Origin: Minisyncoccia bacterium
GTDB taxonomy: Bacteria > Patescibacteriota > Minisyncoccia > Phycocordibacterales > UBA918
Assembly: GCA_964229335.1 (NCBI GenBank)
Contig: CAXRCZ010000007.1
Coordinates: forward strand, 1 to 64,000
DNA length: 64,000 nt
Direction: 5' to 3'
The notes beneath the pieces are model-generated. The model made no database searches. It was not told the DNA's origin and saw only the letters and a list, made by a program, of their open reading frames with translations. Positions 9,810 to 20,319 of this stretch are shown in pieces (the stretch's first letter is position 1; each line of letters begins with the position of its first letter). Both the position numbers and the translations under genes were made by a program.

Positions 9810-10565
9810 ATGCCTGACAAAAAAAAGCTCGACGAAGTTGAAGAGAAAACACGTGGGTTAGAAAAAATCTCTGAGATTTTCAAAGAGATTTTTCAGGCCG
9901 GCGGAAATCTCTGGATTGCTTACGATTTTATATCGACAGTCTGGGGTGGATCTGAGCCTTCTGAAAAATCATCGCGTGCTGCGAAACTGGCTCATGGCGG
10001 TCTCTTTAGTTTCAAAGATGAGATTGCCATGGATGGTATCGAAGCTAAGCTCGACGAGCACGAACGTACCACCCTGCGTAAATTTCGCGAATGGATTGTA
10101 ACTGGTTACGGTAATGGCTTCCTTGGCTATTTTGCCAGTAAGTTTTACCTTAACCAATTTCGTGCCCTAGTGGTAAGAATGCGGACGCCTGAGAAAGTAA
10201 CCAAATTAGTATCGACCACTGATAAGAAGGGTGGTAAGAAAACCGAGGAGATTAAAAACCCTCCTGATGATTCTCATTCGGTTGACTTTCTTAAGCGGTT
10301 TGCTGCTGTGATTCAAGAAAACAGCAATGATCGATCAGGTGATCGTACAGGTTTTGCAGCCGGTATCTCGTGGCTCAGGCAAAAAAGTATGCCGACGCCA
10401 AGCTTTGTGGAGAAAATACGCGAAGCTGATGGTCGTCTGAAAAGAGTCCCAGCCAACTTTGGTGAAAACAATGGAAGCTGGAGTCGCTCGATGCACGAAT
10501 CGGTTCAACAACTCAAACAACGCCGAGCCGCTCAACCGTGGTGGTACCGCTGGCTTAGTTGGTAA
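9810..10565 (+). CDS. Hypothetical protein (orphan islet)
   Basis: 251-aa ORF, AAAAGGA RBS, upstream TTGACT...TATTAT promoter-like sequence. Confidence 0.7.
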   Translation: MPDKKKLDEVEEKTRGLEKISEIFKEIFQAGGNLWIAYDFISTVWGGSEPSEKSSRAAKLAHGGLFSFKDEIAMDGIEAKLDEHERTTLRKFREWIVTGYGNGFLGYFASKFYLNQFRALVVRMRTPEKVTKLVSTTDKKGGKKTEEIKNPPDDSHSVDFLKRFAAVIQENSNDRSGDRTGFAAGISWLRQKSMPTPSFVEKIREADGRLKRVPANFGENNGSWSRSMHESVQQLKQRRAAQPWWYRWLSW

Positions 10566-10581
10566 TGAAAGGAATTTAATC

Positions 10582-11934
10582 ATGTACGATCCACGTAACT
10601 TGCCGGTTCGGGTACATAATCCCAACGAACTGCCGGCTCCACACACTCCAACACAGTCCAACATCATTGAATGGATAGTGGAGCACCTGAAATGGTTGTT
10701 GCAGCCGATTTCTTTTATCGCACGTGGTAGCTTGCTGACACTTGTCGGTATGCTGTTGATCATGTGGCTCATCAATCTGGTGTACCACCCGCTCAACTTC
10801 ATCCCGGCGATAATTGGCCTACTAGCCATCGCGGGTGTGCTCACATCGTCGACAGTGCTCGCACACTCGATTCCAATTGGGGCGATATTTACGTTCCTGA
10901 AGGATCGGGATGTAAGCCAAGGAATCGCAAACACGCCTGGCAACCTGGCGAAGGTTGGACTCATCTATCTGCACGTCTTCTCGATGAGCAGTGTGGTGCT
11001 TGCCACTTATTCGTTCGGTGAAGCGCCGTTTGCTTTCTGGGGTTTGCTACTGGTGATCGTGGCGTTTACCACTCTCGGACTTGTCTATGGCAAGCGGGGA
11101 AACTGGTCGCGACGACTTCAGCTTCTATACCTCACAGGAGCGTTTCTGGCACTGCTCTGGAGCACTTTTGGCATTAGCCTGAATTACAACCTGCCGGAAG
11201 AAGTCAGCGATGAGAATGGTGCCGCGGTGGTTATGTACAACCCGGTAACCAAGGAAATCGTACCCGATCTCTCGCCGGCCGACTGCACGGAAACAAAGCC
11301 GTGTTATGCCAAGGATGGAGTAGGAGTGAAACTCGAACCGCTTACCACAGAAGAAGCCAACTGGCGAAATCCGAAAGTGGGGGTGGTCAAACTCCTCGAA
11401 CTGACCGGCTCGCCGTGGTTTTGGTTGGGAGCAATCCTCCTGGCCATCACCATCGGTGCGTTTGTGGTGTACTCGCGTTCCTATATGCGTAGCACCCGCA
11501 AGGCGACCGCGCAGATAGGGGGTGGGGCCGGCATCTTGCTGGTTGCGCTGCTGGTGTTCTCCATTTTCGGAGGCCCAGCTGCAGTCAGTGCAGCATCGGT
11601 ATCTGTTGACCGGACCGGATCGGCAGCTCTCGAAATCTGCGATGATGTCGTGGTGGTTACCACTGACAAAATCGCTGAGGGAATGCAGGTCAACTTCGGT
11701 AAGGACTGCATGCTGATGTTCAACCAGAATGAAGTTCCTGAGGGGGTATATCTGGAAAACCTAACCCCTGAAGTGGACTTTTGCGAGGCCACGCGTTGGG
11801 CAACCGACGCAGAGTACCCGGCCCAAGAATTCTGGTCGGCACTCTTGGTGCCCCGTCCGGATGGTTTTGGCGATCAGGATGAGATGAACTTTCGAGTTCG
11901 TCTCAACACCGACCGCCCGAATCCCTGTTCCTGA
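10582..11934 (+). CDS. Hypothetical multi-pass membrane protein with Cys-containing extracytoplasmic segments
   Basis: Probable start ATG 10582 after AAAGGA; several hydrophobic segments; terminator at about 11956-11991. Confidence 0.7.
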   Translation: MYDPRNLPVRVHNPNELPAPHTPTQSNIIEWIVEHLKWLLQPISFIARGSLLTLVGMLLIMWLINLVYHPLNFIPAIIGLLAIAGVLTSSTVLAHSIPIGAIFTFLKDRDVSQGIANTPGNLAKVGLIYLHVFSMSSVVLATYSFGEAPFAFWGLLLVIVAFTTLGLVYGKRGNWSRRLQLLYLTGAFLALLWSTFGISLNYNLPEEVSDENGAAVVMYNPVTKEIVPDLSPADCTETKPCYAKDGVGVKLEPLTTEEANWRNPKVGVVKLLELTGSPWFWLGAILLAITIGAFVVYSRSYMRSTRKATAQIGGGAGILLVALLVFSIFGGPAAVSAASVSVDRTGSAALEICDDVVVVTTDKIAEGMQVNFGKDCMLMFNQNEVPEGVYLENLTPEVDFCEATRWATDAEYPAQEFWSALLVPRPDGFGDQDEMNFRVRLNTDRPNPCS

Positions 11935-11989
11935 GTTCCAGAGTTCTTTACTAAACGCCCCTGCTGCTTTATTGCGGCAGGGGCTTTTC

Positions 11990-12319
11990 TTATGGACGAA
12001 ATGCGTTATCGCAGCCTGATTGTGTCGGGTCTTGCGCACAATTAAGCTCATCGTCTAAACCAAATGTAGCTGTGGCTATAGAAAGTATTCCCCAAGCGCT
12101 CAGCATTACTACTAAACCAATAATACCGAAGGTAATGTGCCGAATACCATCTGACCGAGCTTGATCATTGTTAGCCTTGAAGATGTACTGCGCACATCCC
12201 CAGAGAAAAACCAGGAAAGCTACTCCAGCCAAGATAGCGATAATGGGAAACAGGATTATGTCGTTCAGCTTAGCGACAAAAGTAGCCGCTTCAGTACTGG
12301 CTTTTTGTTGAGGAGTCAT
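11990..12319 (-). CDS. TrbC/VirB2-like pilin
   Basis: Two TM helices flanking ANNDQARSDG; CPR pilin pattern. Confidence 0.75.
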   Translation of the reverse strand: MTPQQKASTEAATFVAKLNDIILFPIIAILAGVAFLVFLWGCAQYIFKANNDQARSDGIRHITFGIIGLVVMLSAWGILSIATATFGLDDELNCAQDPTQSGCDNAFRP

Positions 12320-12391
12320 AATAAAATTTTAGCATGAACAAGTAATAAAAAAGCCCGTACGGGGCTTTTTTGAGTATAAATTGAGTAGTTG

Positions 12392-12787
12392 TTAGTTACC
12401 ACCTCCCCTAATCAAATTATCAACTTGTGGAATGTCGTCTAACCGATCTCCTTCAAATCCAGTACTTTCAGCCAGCAAGTTTACCAATCCCCAGAAGATG
12501 ATAATGATTACAAATCCAAGGAGAGAGTAAATTATAATCTTTTTGCCTTGTTCACGCTTTTCTTCGTCGGCTCCGCCAGCAATGAAGTATCTGAAGACTC
12601 CCCAGACAAAGAACAGGAAGGCTACTCCAAGAATAAATGGAATTAGAACATCGTTGATAAATATCAATACTTCGGTAAAGAAGTCTGTGAGCTGACTGTT
12701 GTCCGCATCAAATCCTTGTTGAGCAAGAGACAATGATGGTGTAACTAGTAGCGCAAGCGCTAGTAATGTTGAGGTAATTTTTTTCAT
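12392..12787 (-). CDS. TrbC/VirB2-like pilin
   Basis: Signal peptide MKKIT...SLAQ; FFVWGVFRYFIAGGADEEKREQGKK motif. Confidence 0.8.
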   Translation of the reverse strand: MKKITSTLLALALLVTPSLSLAQQGFDADNSQLTDFFTEVLIFINDVLIPFILGVAFLFFVWGVFRYFIAGGADEEKREQGKKIIIYSLLGFVIIIIFWGLVNLLAESTGFEGDRLDDIPQVDNLIRGGGN

Positions 12788-12888
12788 AAATTTGTAAATA
12801 TTTCTAACAACGTGGTAACGTTTTATCAATTATATACTAAAACTGGTGGTTTTTCAGTCTACTAAAAAACCAATGTGTATAACAAAAC

Positions 12889-13260
12889 CTATCTCGGTAC
12901 GTTGACCTGTGGAATATTCTTCAGCCGCTCGCCTTCAAGACCAGAACTACTAGTGAGCATATTAATGAAGCCAAAGAAAATGATAATCACCACAAAGCCA
13001 ATAGTAGCATTGACCATCAACTTCTTACCTTTCTCTCTTGACTCATCATTAGCGCCTCCAGCGATAAAGTACTGAAACATTCCCCACACAAAGGCTAAAA
13101 AGCCGATGCCAATAATAAACGGAATGAGTACATCATTGATAAAAATCAAAATTTCTTGGAGGGTGTTACTCAGTGGCCCGCCAACACCATCCCGAGACTG
13201 GGCAAAGGTAATCAATGGTGTCATAAGGACTAGACTAGCAATGGTTATTACTTTTTTCAT
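12889..13260 (-). CDS. TrbC/VirB2-like pilin (paralog of 12392-12787)
   Basis: Shares LIFINDVLIPFI and YFIAGGA with its neighbour. Confidence 0.8.
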   Translation of the reverse strand: MKKVITIASLVLMTPLITFAQSRDGVGGPLSNTLQEILIFINDVLIPFIIGIGFLAFVWGMFQYFIAGGANDESREKGKKLMVNATIGFVVIIIFFGFINMLTSSSGLEGERLKNIPQVNVPR

Positions 13261-13277
13261 AGTAAATTAATTATACT

Positions 13278-13532
13278 TTATCCAAATAAAGAATTTTTGA
13301 TCAACGCGACAATTCCCCACGTACTGATCATCACCACAAATACCAGTACTGCGATAACTACTAGCCGCCGGCCTTCAGCACGCTTAGTTTCGTCACCACC
13401 GTGAATCACCCAAGCATTAATAATCTTCCAAATCACATACACAAAGACGACAGCAAATAACGCTGGGATAAGAATCTCTATAAATCTAAGAATGAAAGCT
13501 GCTAATGATTTTATGTCTGTCGGAGTTTCCAT
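13278..13532 (-). CDS. TrbC/VirB2-like pilin
   Basis: TM-HGGDETKRAEGR-TM pattern. Confidence 0.75.
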   Translation of the reverse strand: METPTDIKSLAAFILRFIEILIPALFAVVFVYVIWKIINAWVIHGGDETKRAEGRRLVVIAVLVFVVMISTWGIVALIKNSLFG

Positions 13533-13534
13533 GC

Positions 13535-13990
13535 TTAGGCGCTAAATTGGTCAACCACATTTCCAATAATTTCGGCTATGGCTACAGCGCCGATAATAAG
13601 CACTCCTCCAATAACGGCATACGTAAGGGCGCGAGTAGCTTCTTTTACCTTCTCGGCATTACCTTGAGCGGTTACATACTTGAAACCAGCAAAAATAATA
13701 AAGAAGACAACTATTGGAGTAGCAATAACTATCAACACATTGAGTAGTGCCACTAATAAATCTTGAATGGAATCGAAGGCAAGTGGGTTAGTCAACGTTT
13801 GCGAACCAGCTCCACTATCCCCTTCCGAACCACTAGCTGGCGGTCGACTAGGACTGGTGGGATTAGCTCCTGGGTCTTCTGGTGGTCGACTGGGGCTAGT
13901 GGGGTTAGTCTGAGCCAAAAGACTATTCGGAAAAAGTAACAATCCGGCCAGACTCATCAAGCAAACGTGTAGTTGAGAAATGAATTTCAT
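13535..13990 (-). CDS. TrbC/VirB2-like pilin with Pro-rich N-terminal repeat
   Basis: TLTNPL...AGFKYVTAQGNAEKVKEA...YAVIGG; NPTSPSRPP x2. Confidence 0.8.
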   Translation of the reverse strand: MKFISQLHVCLMSLAGLLLFPNSLLAQTNPTSPSRPPEDPGANPTSPSRPPASGSEGDSGAGSQTLTNPLAFDSIQDLLVALLNVLIVIATPIVVFFIIFAGFKYVTAQGNAEKVKEATRALTYAVIGGVLIIGAVAIAEIIGNVVDQFSA

Positions 13991-13993
13991 AGG

Positions 13994-15292
13994 TTAATTA
14001 TACTGCACTTGTAAACGGTCAATGGCATCCCTCACTGCATCACTAACATCAAAACGGTTTTCAACAATATCCCTAACCATGGTAGAGAAAATATCTCGAC
14101 TGGCTTCAATCTCGGGATTGAGCCAACCGTAAGTCACAGGGGCAACTGAGTAAGCAGTACGCCCGTACGTATCATTGCTACCGGTAGCTACCGAACTACG
14201 ATGCGCCGGCACAATGTCGTTATCAATCGCAATTCTAGCTGCTACAGCTGGACTCGAGAGGATGTTCATTACCGCGGCTGCGCCTGCAATATTATCTGAG
14301 GCCCGTAGTAGTCCTAGTCCGTAAAAGGTTCCGTAGGTGCGGCGTACAGTGGCTGAAGCGCCTTGTGGCACTTCGGCCACTCCAAAGCTGAGATTTGGGT
14401 TGAGCTGCTCAATTTCTACCCCTTCGCTAGCGTAGCCAAAGTAAAGCAAGAGATCTTCGGCCAGGAAATGTTGCCGATCTTCTGGCAGAGACCGGTTCCA
14501 TGAATATAGTGTGTTAGAAGGCCGGCTAAATCGAGTATAGAAATCAGCCGCTGATTGCAATGGTCGACCAGAGCCTGACACAGATGTGTCTAATAGCACT
14601 GAATACTGTCGACCATCTTCGAGCACCATTTCACTCCCACCTTGGAGTAGCAGCGTCGATACAATACCATGCGCGTTGCGAATATTCTCATATTCACCCA
14701 TAGCTACTACACTGCGCATAATCTGTCGATTGGCATCACGCTCGATTAGAGCTGGTACATATTCATTTACAAGCTGCTCCCAAGTGGCAGGCGCATTGAG
14801 AAATCCAGCGTTCGCTAGCAGAGCTCGGTTCCAATACAGCAGTAAGGGATCGACAGCGATTGGATAGGCGTACAACCCATCGTTAAGAGCAAATATTTGC
14901 GCACCGTCGATATAAGTATCGATAATGTCGCGTCTTGGGAATGAATCGTAGGTAATTGGACGCAAACGACTGCGCATGCTGACCAATTGTTCGTGCGGCA
15001 CTAGTAACAAGTCCGGTCCTCGACCATCAGCGAGAGCATTGACAAGTTGATTTTCTAATTCTTCAGCAGCTATTTGCCGATAACTTACATCACTGTATTC
15101 GTCTTGAGCATCAGCTAATTCTTGCAATAATTCATACATTCTCTCGCCATCTAGAGTTCCCCAGATGACTACTGTACCTACTGTCACCTCCCCACGGTTA
15201 CTGTTTTGAAAGTTTGCCAAGAGAAGCAGAGCCACTGCGGCCAATAGCGCAAATCCTAGTATTAAAGCTAATTCAAATGGACGGAGTTTCAT
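13994..15292 (-). CDS. Extracellular solute-binding protein (family 1, sugar-type)
   Basis: N-terminal TM, IWG, GPDLL, LYWNR, PATWEQL motifs. Confidence 0.8.
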   Translation of the reverse strand: MKLRPFELALILGFALLAAVALLLLANFQNSNRGEVTVGTVVIWGTLDGERMYELLQELADAQDEYSDVSYRQIAAEELENQLVNALADGRGPDLLLVPHEQLVSMRSRLRPITYDSFPRRDIIDTYIDGAQIFALNDGLYAYPIAVDPLLLYWNRALLANAGFLNAPATWEQLVNEYVPALIERDANRQIMRSVVAMGEYENIRNAHGIVSTLLLQGGSEMVLEDGRQYSVLLDTSVSGSGRPLQSAADFYTRFSRPSNTLYSWNRSLPEDRQHFLAEDLLLYFGYASEGVEIEQLNPNLSFGVAEVPQGASATVRRTYGTFYGLGLLRASDNIAGAAAVMNILSSPAVAARIAIDNDIVPAHRSSVATGSNDTYGRTAYSVAPVTYGWLNPEIEASRDIFSTMVRDIVENRFDVSDAVRDAIDRLQVQYN

Positions 15293-15831
15293 ATCTTTTT
15301 AAAGGCTAAGCCATAATGATGCTCACCAGCGTCAAATTCTCGCTCTAAGACAAAACCATTTTGTTCAAACAGAGCTGTCGCAATAGCCGCATCAACCACA
15401 TCATCCGGTCGCGGCCCCAGTCCCTTGAAGGATTCGGTCCAGTCAATTACAAACAAATTGCCGCCAGTACGCAGTACCCGAGCTATTTCGCTCACTGCTG
15501 TTTTTTTGTCTTCTAGTAAAAACAAGGTATTAACTAACACCCCCACATCCAGCGACCCTTCGGGTATTGCCACCCCTTCGGCATGTTCTAGGTCACACCA
15601 CAATACTTGTACATTGAACCAGTTTTCGGTTCTGGATTTCTCAGCAATAGCATCTACCAGTGGTCGTTGGATTTCGCAGGCGTAGACTCGACCACTCTTA
15701 CCAGCTCGAGCTGAGAGGGCCGGTAAGAAAAATCCGGAACCAGCACCAAAATCAGCCACCTGGTCTCCAGGTTTAATATGAAAATGAGATGCCACCGCCT
15801 CCGGCGCTACAAATCTGCCGCTAGTATTCAT
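15289..15831 (-). CDS. Class I SAM-dependent methyltransferase
   Basis: VADFGAGSG motif I; RVLRTGG. Confidence 0.85.
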   Translation of the reverse strand: MNTSGRFVAPEAVASHFHIKPGDQVADFGAGSGFFLPALSARAGKSGRVYACEIQRPLVDAIAEKSRTENWFNVQVLWCDLEHAEGVAIPEGSLDVGVLVNTLFLLEDKKTAVSEIARVLRTGGNLFVIDWTESFKGLGPRPDDVVDAAIATALFEQNGFVLEREFDAGEHHYGLAFKKI

Positions 15832-15904
15832 CCCTTACATTATATAGTACAGACGTGGTACTGGACTCCGGCGCTGTGTAAAGCCAGTACTGATAGAGAT
15901 TTGA

Positions 15905-18373
15905 CTACACAAACACAATTGAAGCAATTGAGTCTCCGGCCCGCATCTTCATCACTTTGACTCCTTGCGTATCACGACCGAGGGTTGGGACTTGTTTGAG
16001 TGGTAGTTTAATTACCTGTCCTTTCTGACTCATGATGACTAATTCGCCTTCGGCTCGCTCTTCCTGACTGAGGACGATAGCTCCAACTACCTTACCGGTC
16101 TTTTCGGTTACTTTGACGGTTTTGACCCCTGAGCCACCGCGTTTTTGAGTTTTGTATTCTTTAGCTGGCGTTGATTTCCCAAAACCATTTTCAGTGACCA
16201 CTAATATTTCGCGGTCTTTTTCGGTTTTCTTAAATACGTCGGCTGACACAATCGTATCGCCTTTAGACAGTTTCATAGCCCCTACTCCGGCAGCAGTACG
16301 GCCCATTTGGCGCACATCGGCTTCGGTAAAGCGGATTGACTGACCATTTTTACTAATGAGTGACACCTCATCTCCCTTACCAACAAATTTGGCAGCAATT
16401 AGAGAGTCTTCTGGCTTGAGCTTGATAGCGATGAGTCCACTTCGACGCACGTCCTTAAAGGCAGCTGCGTCGCTCTTTTTCGCCACCCCATTTTTGGTCA
16501 CCATCATCAGACTCCACTCGCCATCCCATTCTTCTTTACGGACTGCCAATACTGAAGTTACTTGTTCTTCAGACTGTAGTGGCAAGAAGTTCATAATTGA
16601 CTTGCCCTTGGTAGCTCGTCTTCCTTCTGGGATTTCGTACATTTTACTCTGATAGACCTTCCCAGCATTGGTGAAGAAGAGTAAGTCACTATGGGTAGAG
16701 GTAGTAAGGAGGGTGGTCACCATGTCTTCTTCCTTGGTGTTGAGATCAACTACACCGACCCCTCCCCTTCGTTGGGTTTTGTATTCTGACGGATTAGTAC
16801 GCTTTACATACCCTCCTTTGGTGAGCACCAACACGCTCTCTTCATCAGGAACCAAGTCTTCTGGGTTGAGTTGCTTGACGCCGCCTTTGACAATTTTGGT
16901 TCGACGATCATCGCCAAATTTATCAGCCACTTCCATCAGCTCGTCTTTGACGATGGTCATCATCTTGGCCTTACTCTTGAGGATAGCTTCAAGTGATTTG
17001 ATGAGTTTTTGTACTTCAGCCAGCTCGTCTTCAATCTTTTTGCGTTCTAATCCAGCAAGTTTCTGGAGCCGCATGTCAAGAATAGCTTGAGCTTGAATGT
17101 CTGAGAATTTAAACTCTTTCATCAACTGCGCATGTGCGGTCGGCACATCTTTGGCAGCTCGAATTAGCTTGATGATTTTATCGATATGGTCGAGGGCCTT
17201 TTTGAGTCCGAGCAAAATATGCTCGCGGTCTTTGGCTTTATTTAAATCGTATTCGGTACGGCGCCGAATCACCTCAGCTCGGTGTTTAATGTACTCTTGG
17301 AGAATTACTTTAAGAGATAGAGTTTGCGGAATACCATCCACCAGTGCCACCATGTTGTAATGGAACGTGTCTTCGAGTTGAGTGTGTTTGTAGAGTTTGT
17401 TGAGTACTGTTTGTGGTTGTGAACCGGACTTCAGGTCAATCACGACACGAATATCGCTAGTTGATTCATCGCGCATTTCTTTGATGCCTTCAATTTTTTT
17501 CTCACGGACTAGGTTGGCAATCTTTTCTTGCATGTCCGCCTTATTGACTCGATACGGTAGTGACGTGATGATGATTGAAAACGAACCACGCTTGTCTTCG
17601 ACAATCTCGGTTTCACCACGCACCACTACCCCACCCCGACCGTTGGCGTAGGCGTGCTTGATGTCTTTTTGGTTAAAGGCAATCGCTCCGGTTGGAAAAT
17701 CTGGCCCTTTGACATGTTGAAGCAAATCGTCGGTACTCGCGTCAGGATCATCGATGAGGTGGGCAGTGGCGTTAACTACCTCTCGCAGGTTGTGTGGCGG
17801 TATGTTAGTAGCCATCCCGACTGCAATACCAAGCGAGCCTAGGAGTAATAGGTTGGGCACTGCAGCTGGCAGGACCTCTGGTTCTTTCTTTGTACCATCA
17901 AAGTTAGGTCGCCAATTAACGGTGTCTTTTTCTAAATCCCGCAACAACTCTTCCGCTACCTTAGACATCTTGGCCTCGGTATATCGATAGGCCGCAGCTG
18001 AGTCACCATCAATCGAACCGAAGTTTCCTTGACCAAGTACCAATGGATAGCGAGTAGAGAAATTTTGTGCCAACTTCACCATCGCTTCATATACAGCGCT
18101 ATCTCCATGTGGGTGAAAACTACCGAGTACATCTCCCACAACCGTCGCAGATTTCTTAAACTTCGCGCCTGAAGTCAGGCCATTTAGACGCATTGAGTAG
18201 AGGATTCTACGGTGCACTGGCTTGAGACCGTCACGTACATCTGGCAGGGCGCGCGAGGTAATCACCGACATCGCGTAGTCCAAATACGCCGTTTCCATTT
18301 CGGTGGTAATACTTTGATCGATAATCCGATCTTCTTCTGGTGGAGTGTCGTTCACTACGGTTTTTTTCGGCAT
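15905..18373 (-). CDS. gyrA: DNA gyrase subunit A
   Basis: [28 protein letters not shown] catalytic Tyr, GyrA-box QRRGGVG. Confidence 0.97.
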   Translation of the reverse strand: MPKKTVVNDTPPEEDRIIDQSITTEMETAYLDYAMSVITSRALPDVRDGLKPVHRRILYSMRLNGLTSGAKFKKSATVVGDVLGSFHPHGDSAVYEAMVKLAQNFSTRYPLVLGQGNFGSIDGDSAAAYRYTEAKMSKVAEELLRDLEKDTVNWRPNFDGTKKEPEVLPAAVPNLLLLGSLGIAVGMATNIPPHNLREVVNATAHLIDDPDASTDDLLQHVKGPDFPTGAIAFNQKDIKHAYANGRGGVVVRGETEIVEDKRGSFSIIITSLPYRVNKADMQEKIANLVREKKIEGIKEMRDESTSDIRVVIDLKSGSQPQTVLNKLYKHTQLEDTFHYNMVALVDGIPQTLSLKVILQEYIKHRAEVIRRRTEYDLNKAKDREHILLGLKKALDHIDKIIKLIRAAKDVPTAHAQLMKEFKFSDIQAQAILDMRLQKLAGLERKKIEDELAEVQKLIKSLEAILKSKAKMMTIVKDELMEVADKFGDDRRTKIVKGGVKQLNPEDLVPDEESVLVLTKGGYVKRTNPSEYKTQRRGGVGVVDLNTKEEDMVTTLLTTSTHSDLLFFTNAGKVYQSKMYEIPEGRRATKGKSIMNFLPLQSEEQVTSVLAVRKEEWDGEWSLMMVTKNGVAKKSDAAAFKDVRRSGLIAIKLKPEDSLIAAKFVGKGDEVSLISKNGQSIRFTEADVRQMGRTAAGVGAMKLSKGDTIVSADVFKKTEKDREILVVTENGFGKSTPAKEYKTQKRGGSGVKTVKVTEKTGKVVGAIVLSQEERAEGELVIMSQKGQVIKLPLKQVPTLGRDTQGVKVMKMRAGDSIASIVFV

Positions 18374-18431
18374 AACAGATCGTCGTTTTGGGTGAAAATA
18401 ACTAGGCTAGTATAGCACATTCATACTAGTT

Positions 18432-18797
18432 TTATGAACTAGTTGCTGTGCTGGTGGCAATTCGAACCTCTCGTCTTTGCTCCAGTGAAACGCTACTTGG
18501 CGAGGTAGTCGAACGATTATAGATAGTTGAAGAAGCATTTGGTGTTGGCGCAGGTTCACTTTCCTGATTCATCATTGGTAAATCGCTGGTTCGTTCTTTA
18601 ATTTGATTGATGAGACCTGAGAAAGCACCGGCTGGCTGGATATCGTTACTGACTTCTGCCAGCATTGAAAACTGAGTATGGGATACCGCCAACCAGCCAG
18701 CAAAAATGACAGCTGTCACTCCGGCAGCACTCGCAAATGCAATACGATCACGTGCCTCTTTGGGTTTTTGTCTCGCCTTTTCGATAAGATCACGCAT
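18432..18797 (-). CDS. Hypothetical single-pass membrane protein
   Basis: 121-aa ORF with one TM segment, in operon order upstream of gyrA. Confidence 0.7.
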   Translation of the reverse strand: MRDLIEKARQKPKEARDRIAFASAAGVTAVIFAGWLAVSHTQFSMLAEVSNDIQPAGAFSGLINQIKERTSDLPMMNQESEPAPTPNASSTIYNRSTTSPSSVSLEQRREVRIATSTATSS

Positions 18798-18812
18798 GTC
18801 GTATCTCTATAA

Positions 18813-19433
18813 TTAACTTTTTAGTACCACCACATCTCCACTCATGGTGGCGAGATCTTTTCGCTTGATGGTGAGTTTTTCTACAGACTTTAATTTTTCT
18901 TCCCCTTCTTCTTTAAGAAATGATTGCAACGCAGCGGCATCATACTGCATTGGAATGACTGCCTTGGCTTCTAGTTTGACTGCTAGTTTACTGGCTTGAG
19001 GTACTTCTAATAAGTCTCCTCCACCAATTGGTAAGAATAGGATGTCGATATCTCCGAGTTCACTAAGAATCTTTGGGTCAATATCAGGCTCTCCAAGTGC
19101 ACCAAGAAATACAATATTCATTTCTTCCAGTCTTACCTGATAAATGGTGTTGAAGGTCTCTTGTTTGTCGTAGGTGGTTTTTACCCCGTACCCGCGAGCG
19201 GTTACGGTGCCGATTTCGTATTCGCCGGGATTATCAACTACAAACGGTTGTTTAGAACCGTGAGTCACCTGCTCAACTCCGTTATAGTCTGGGTGCCACA
19301 ACGATACGAACACGATATCTGAGCCAAATTTGCTTTCTGGTAATTTTGATTTTTTTGAAACAGGGTTAAACGCTAACGTGGTATCACCAAACGATACTTT
19401 AAAACACTGTCCTCCGTGATATGTAATAACCAT
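18813..19433 (-). CDS. MBL-fold (lactamase B_3-like) protein
   Basis: ITYHGGQCF, PGEYEIG, DILFLPIGG, VIPMQY pattern; metal-binding motif degenerate. Confidence 0.8.
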   Translation of the reverse strand: MVITYHGGQCFKVSFGDTTLAFNPVSKKSKLPESKFGSDIVFVSLWHPDYNGVEQVTHGSKQPFVVDNPGEYEIGTVTARGYGVKTTYDKQETFNTIYQVRLEEMNIVFLGALGEPDIDPKILSELGDIDILFLPIGGGDLLEVPQASKLAVKLEAKAVIPMQYDAAALQSFLKEEGEEKLKSVEKLTIKRKDLATMSGDVVVLKS

Positions 19434-19508
19434 AGTGTCACTAGTATAAAGCAGTGCAGGCGGAAAACGAAGTTTTCAGCGGCGTCTGGTGTTGCATATA
19501 CATGTCAT

Positions 19509-19517
19509 TTATCCACA
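19509..19517 (+). promoter_or_regulatory. Consensus DnaA box
   Basis: TTATCCACA between divergent genes. Confidence 0.45.
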
Positions 19518-19537
19518 AAATTATTTTTAATATTTAT

Positions 19538-19566
19538 TTGACTTATTATATATACTATGATATAGT
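19538..19566 (+). promoter_or_regulatory. Sigma70-type promoter
   Basis: TTGACT-17 nt-TATAGT with extended TG. Confidence 0.7.
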
Positions 19567-19611
19567 AAAGTTTGAATTCGTTCCCTATCAACTACAGTAT
19601 GGAGGTTTGAA

Positions 19612-20118
19612 ATGCCTGCTTTGAGAGACGCTGTGAATGGTCAATTCATCGATACCAACTTCGGTCTCAGTGAAGACGACGAAAGCTCCGAGTACGAACT
19701 TTCGACGGATCAAGTCAGCATCTACGAGCTGGCACCATCGAATGACGACGAGGAAGATTTCGACCACACGTTCGACGAAGAACTGGAGCAGACCGTCATG
19801 TCTTCGCTGCTCCTCGGCAGCGATTATGACTGGGATGACGGCTTGCAGGTCGACATCAAAGACTGGCTTCACAAGCGCTACGGCGACGTAATCCGTCTCA
19901 ATGACGAGTTCGGTTACCAGACCCAGACGCCACCCGCGTTCTACGGTCGGAACCGCACCAATGTCGGCATTCTTCCTGAGGAAGAAGTCTTCAGGCGCGA
20001 ATGCCGTCCTGCGTTTCGCAATCAGCGCGGCTATGGAGCTCAGCGGGCTCCCAAGTGGCAACGTGGATGGACCGGACGCACGCGCCGGATGCACCGCCAA
20101 CGGTACTACTACCTCTGA
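19612..20118 (+). CDS. Hypothetical protein, acidic N-half and Arg-rich C-half
   Basis: GGAGG RBS, own promoter, downstream hairpin ggccgcacggatct-t-agattcgtgcggcc. Confidence 0.7.
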   Translation: MPALRDAVNGQFIDTNFGLSEDDESSEYELSTDQVSIYELAPSNDDEEDFDHTFDEELEQTVMSSLLLGSDYDWDDGLQVDIKDWLHKRYGDVIRLNDEFGYQTQTPPAFYGRNRTNVGILPEEEVFRRECRPAFRNQRGYGAQRAPKWQRGWTGRTRRMHRQRYYYL

Positions 20119-20319
20119 AGAGGTTACGGCCGCACGGATCTTAGATTCGTGCGGCCTTCATGTTTATATAGACAAAAAAATATTTTTTGGTATATTTGCT
20201 AGCACCTTTTAGGTATTAATAGTTTCTAGCGGCACACGTTTAACCCCGCGCTCACGGACAATGGCCACGAGCGACAGTTGCGCGGACGCGTGTCGTCGGA
20301 AGTAAAGCAAATATATAGT

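Noticed and set aside
19588-20100. 170-aa minus-strand ORF
   Set aside because: Antisense to 19612-20118, which has the promoter, RBS and terminator.
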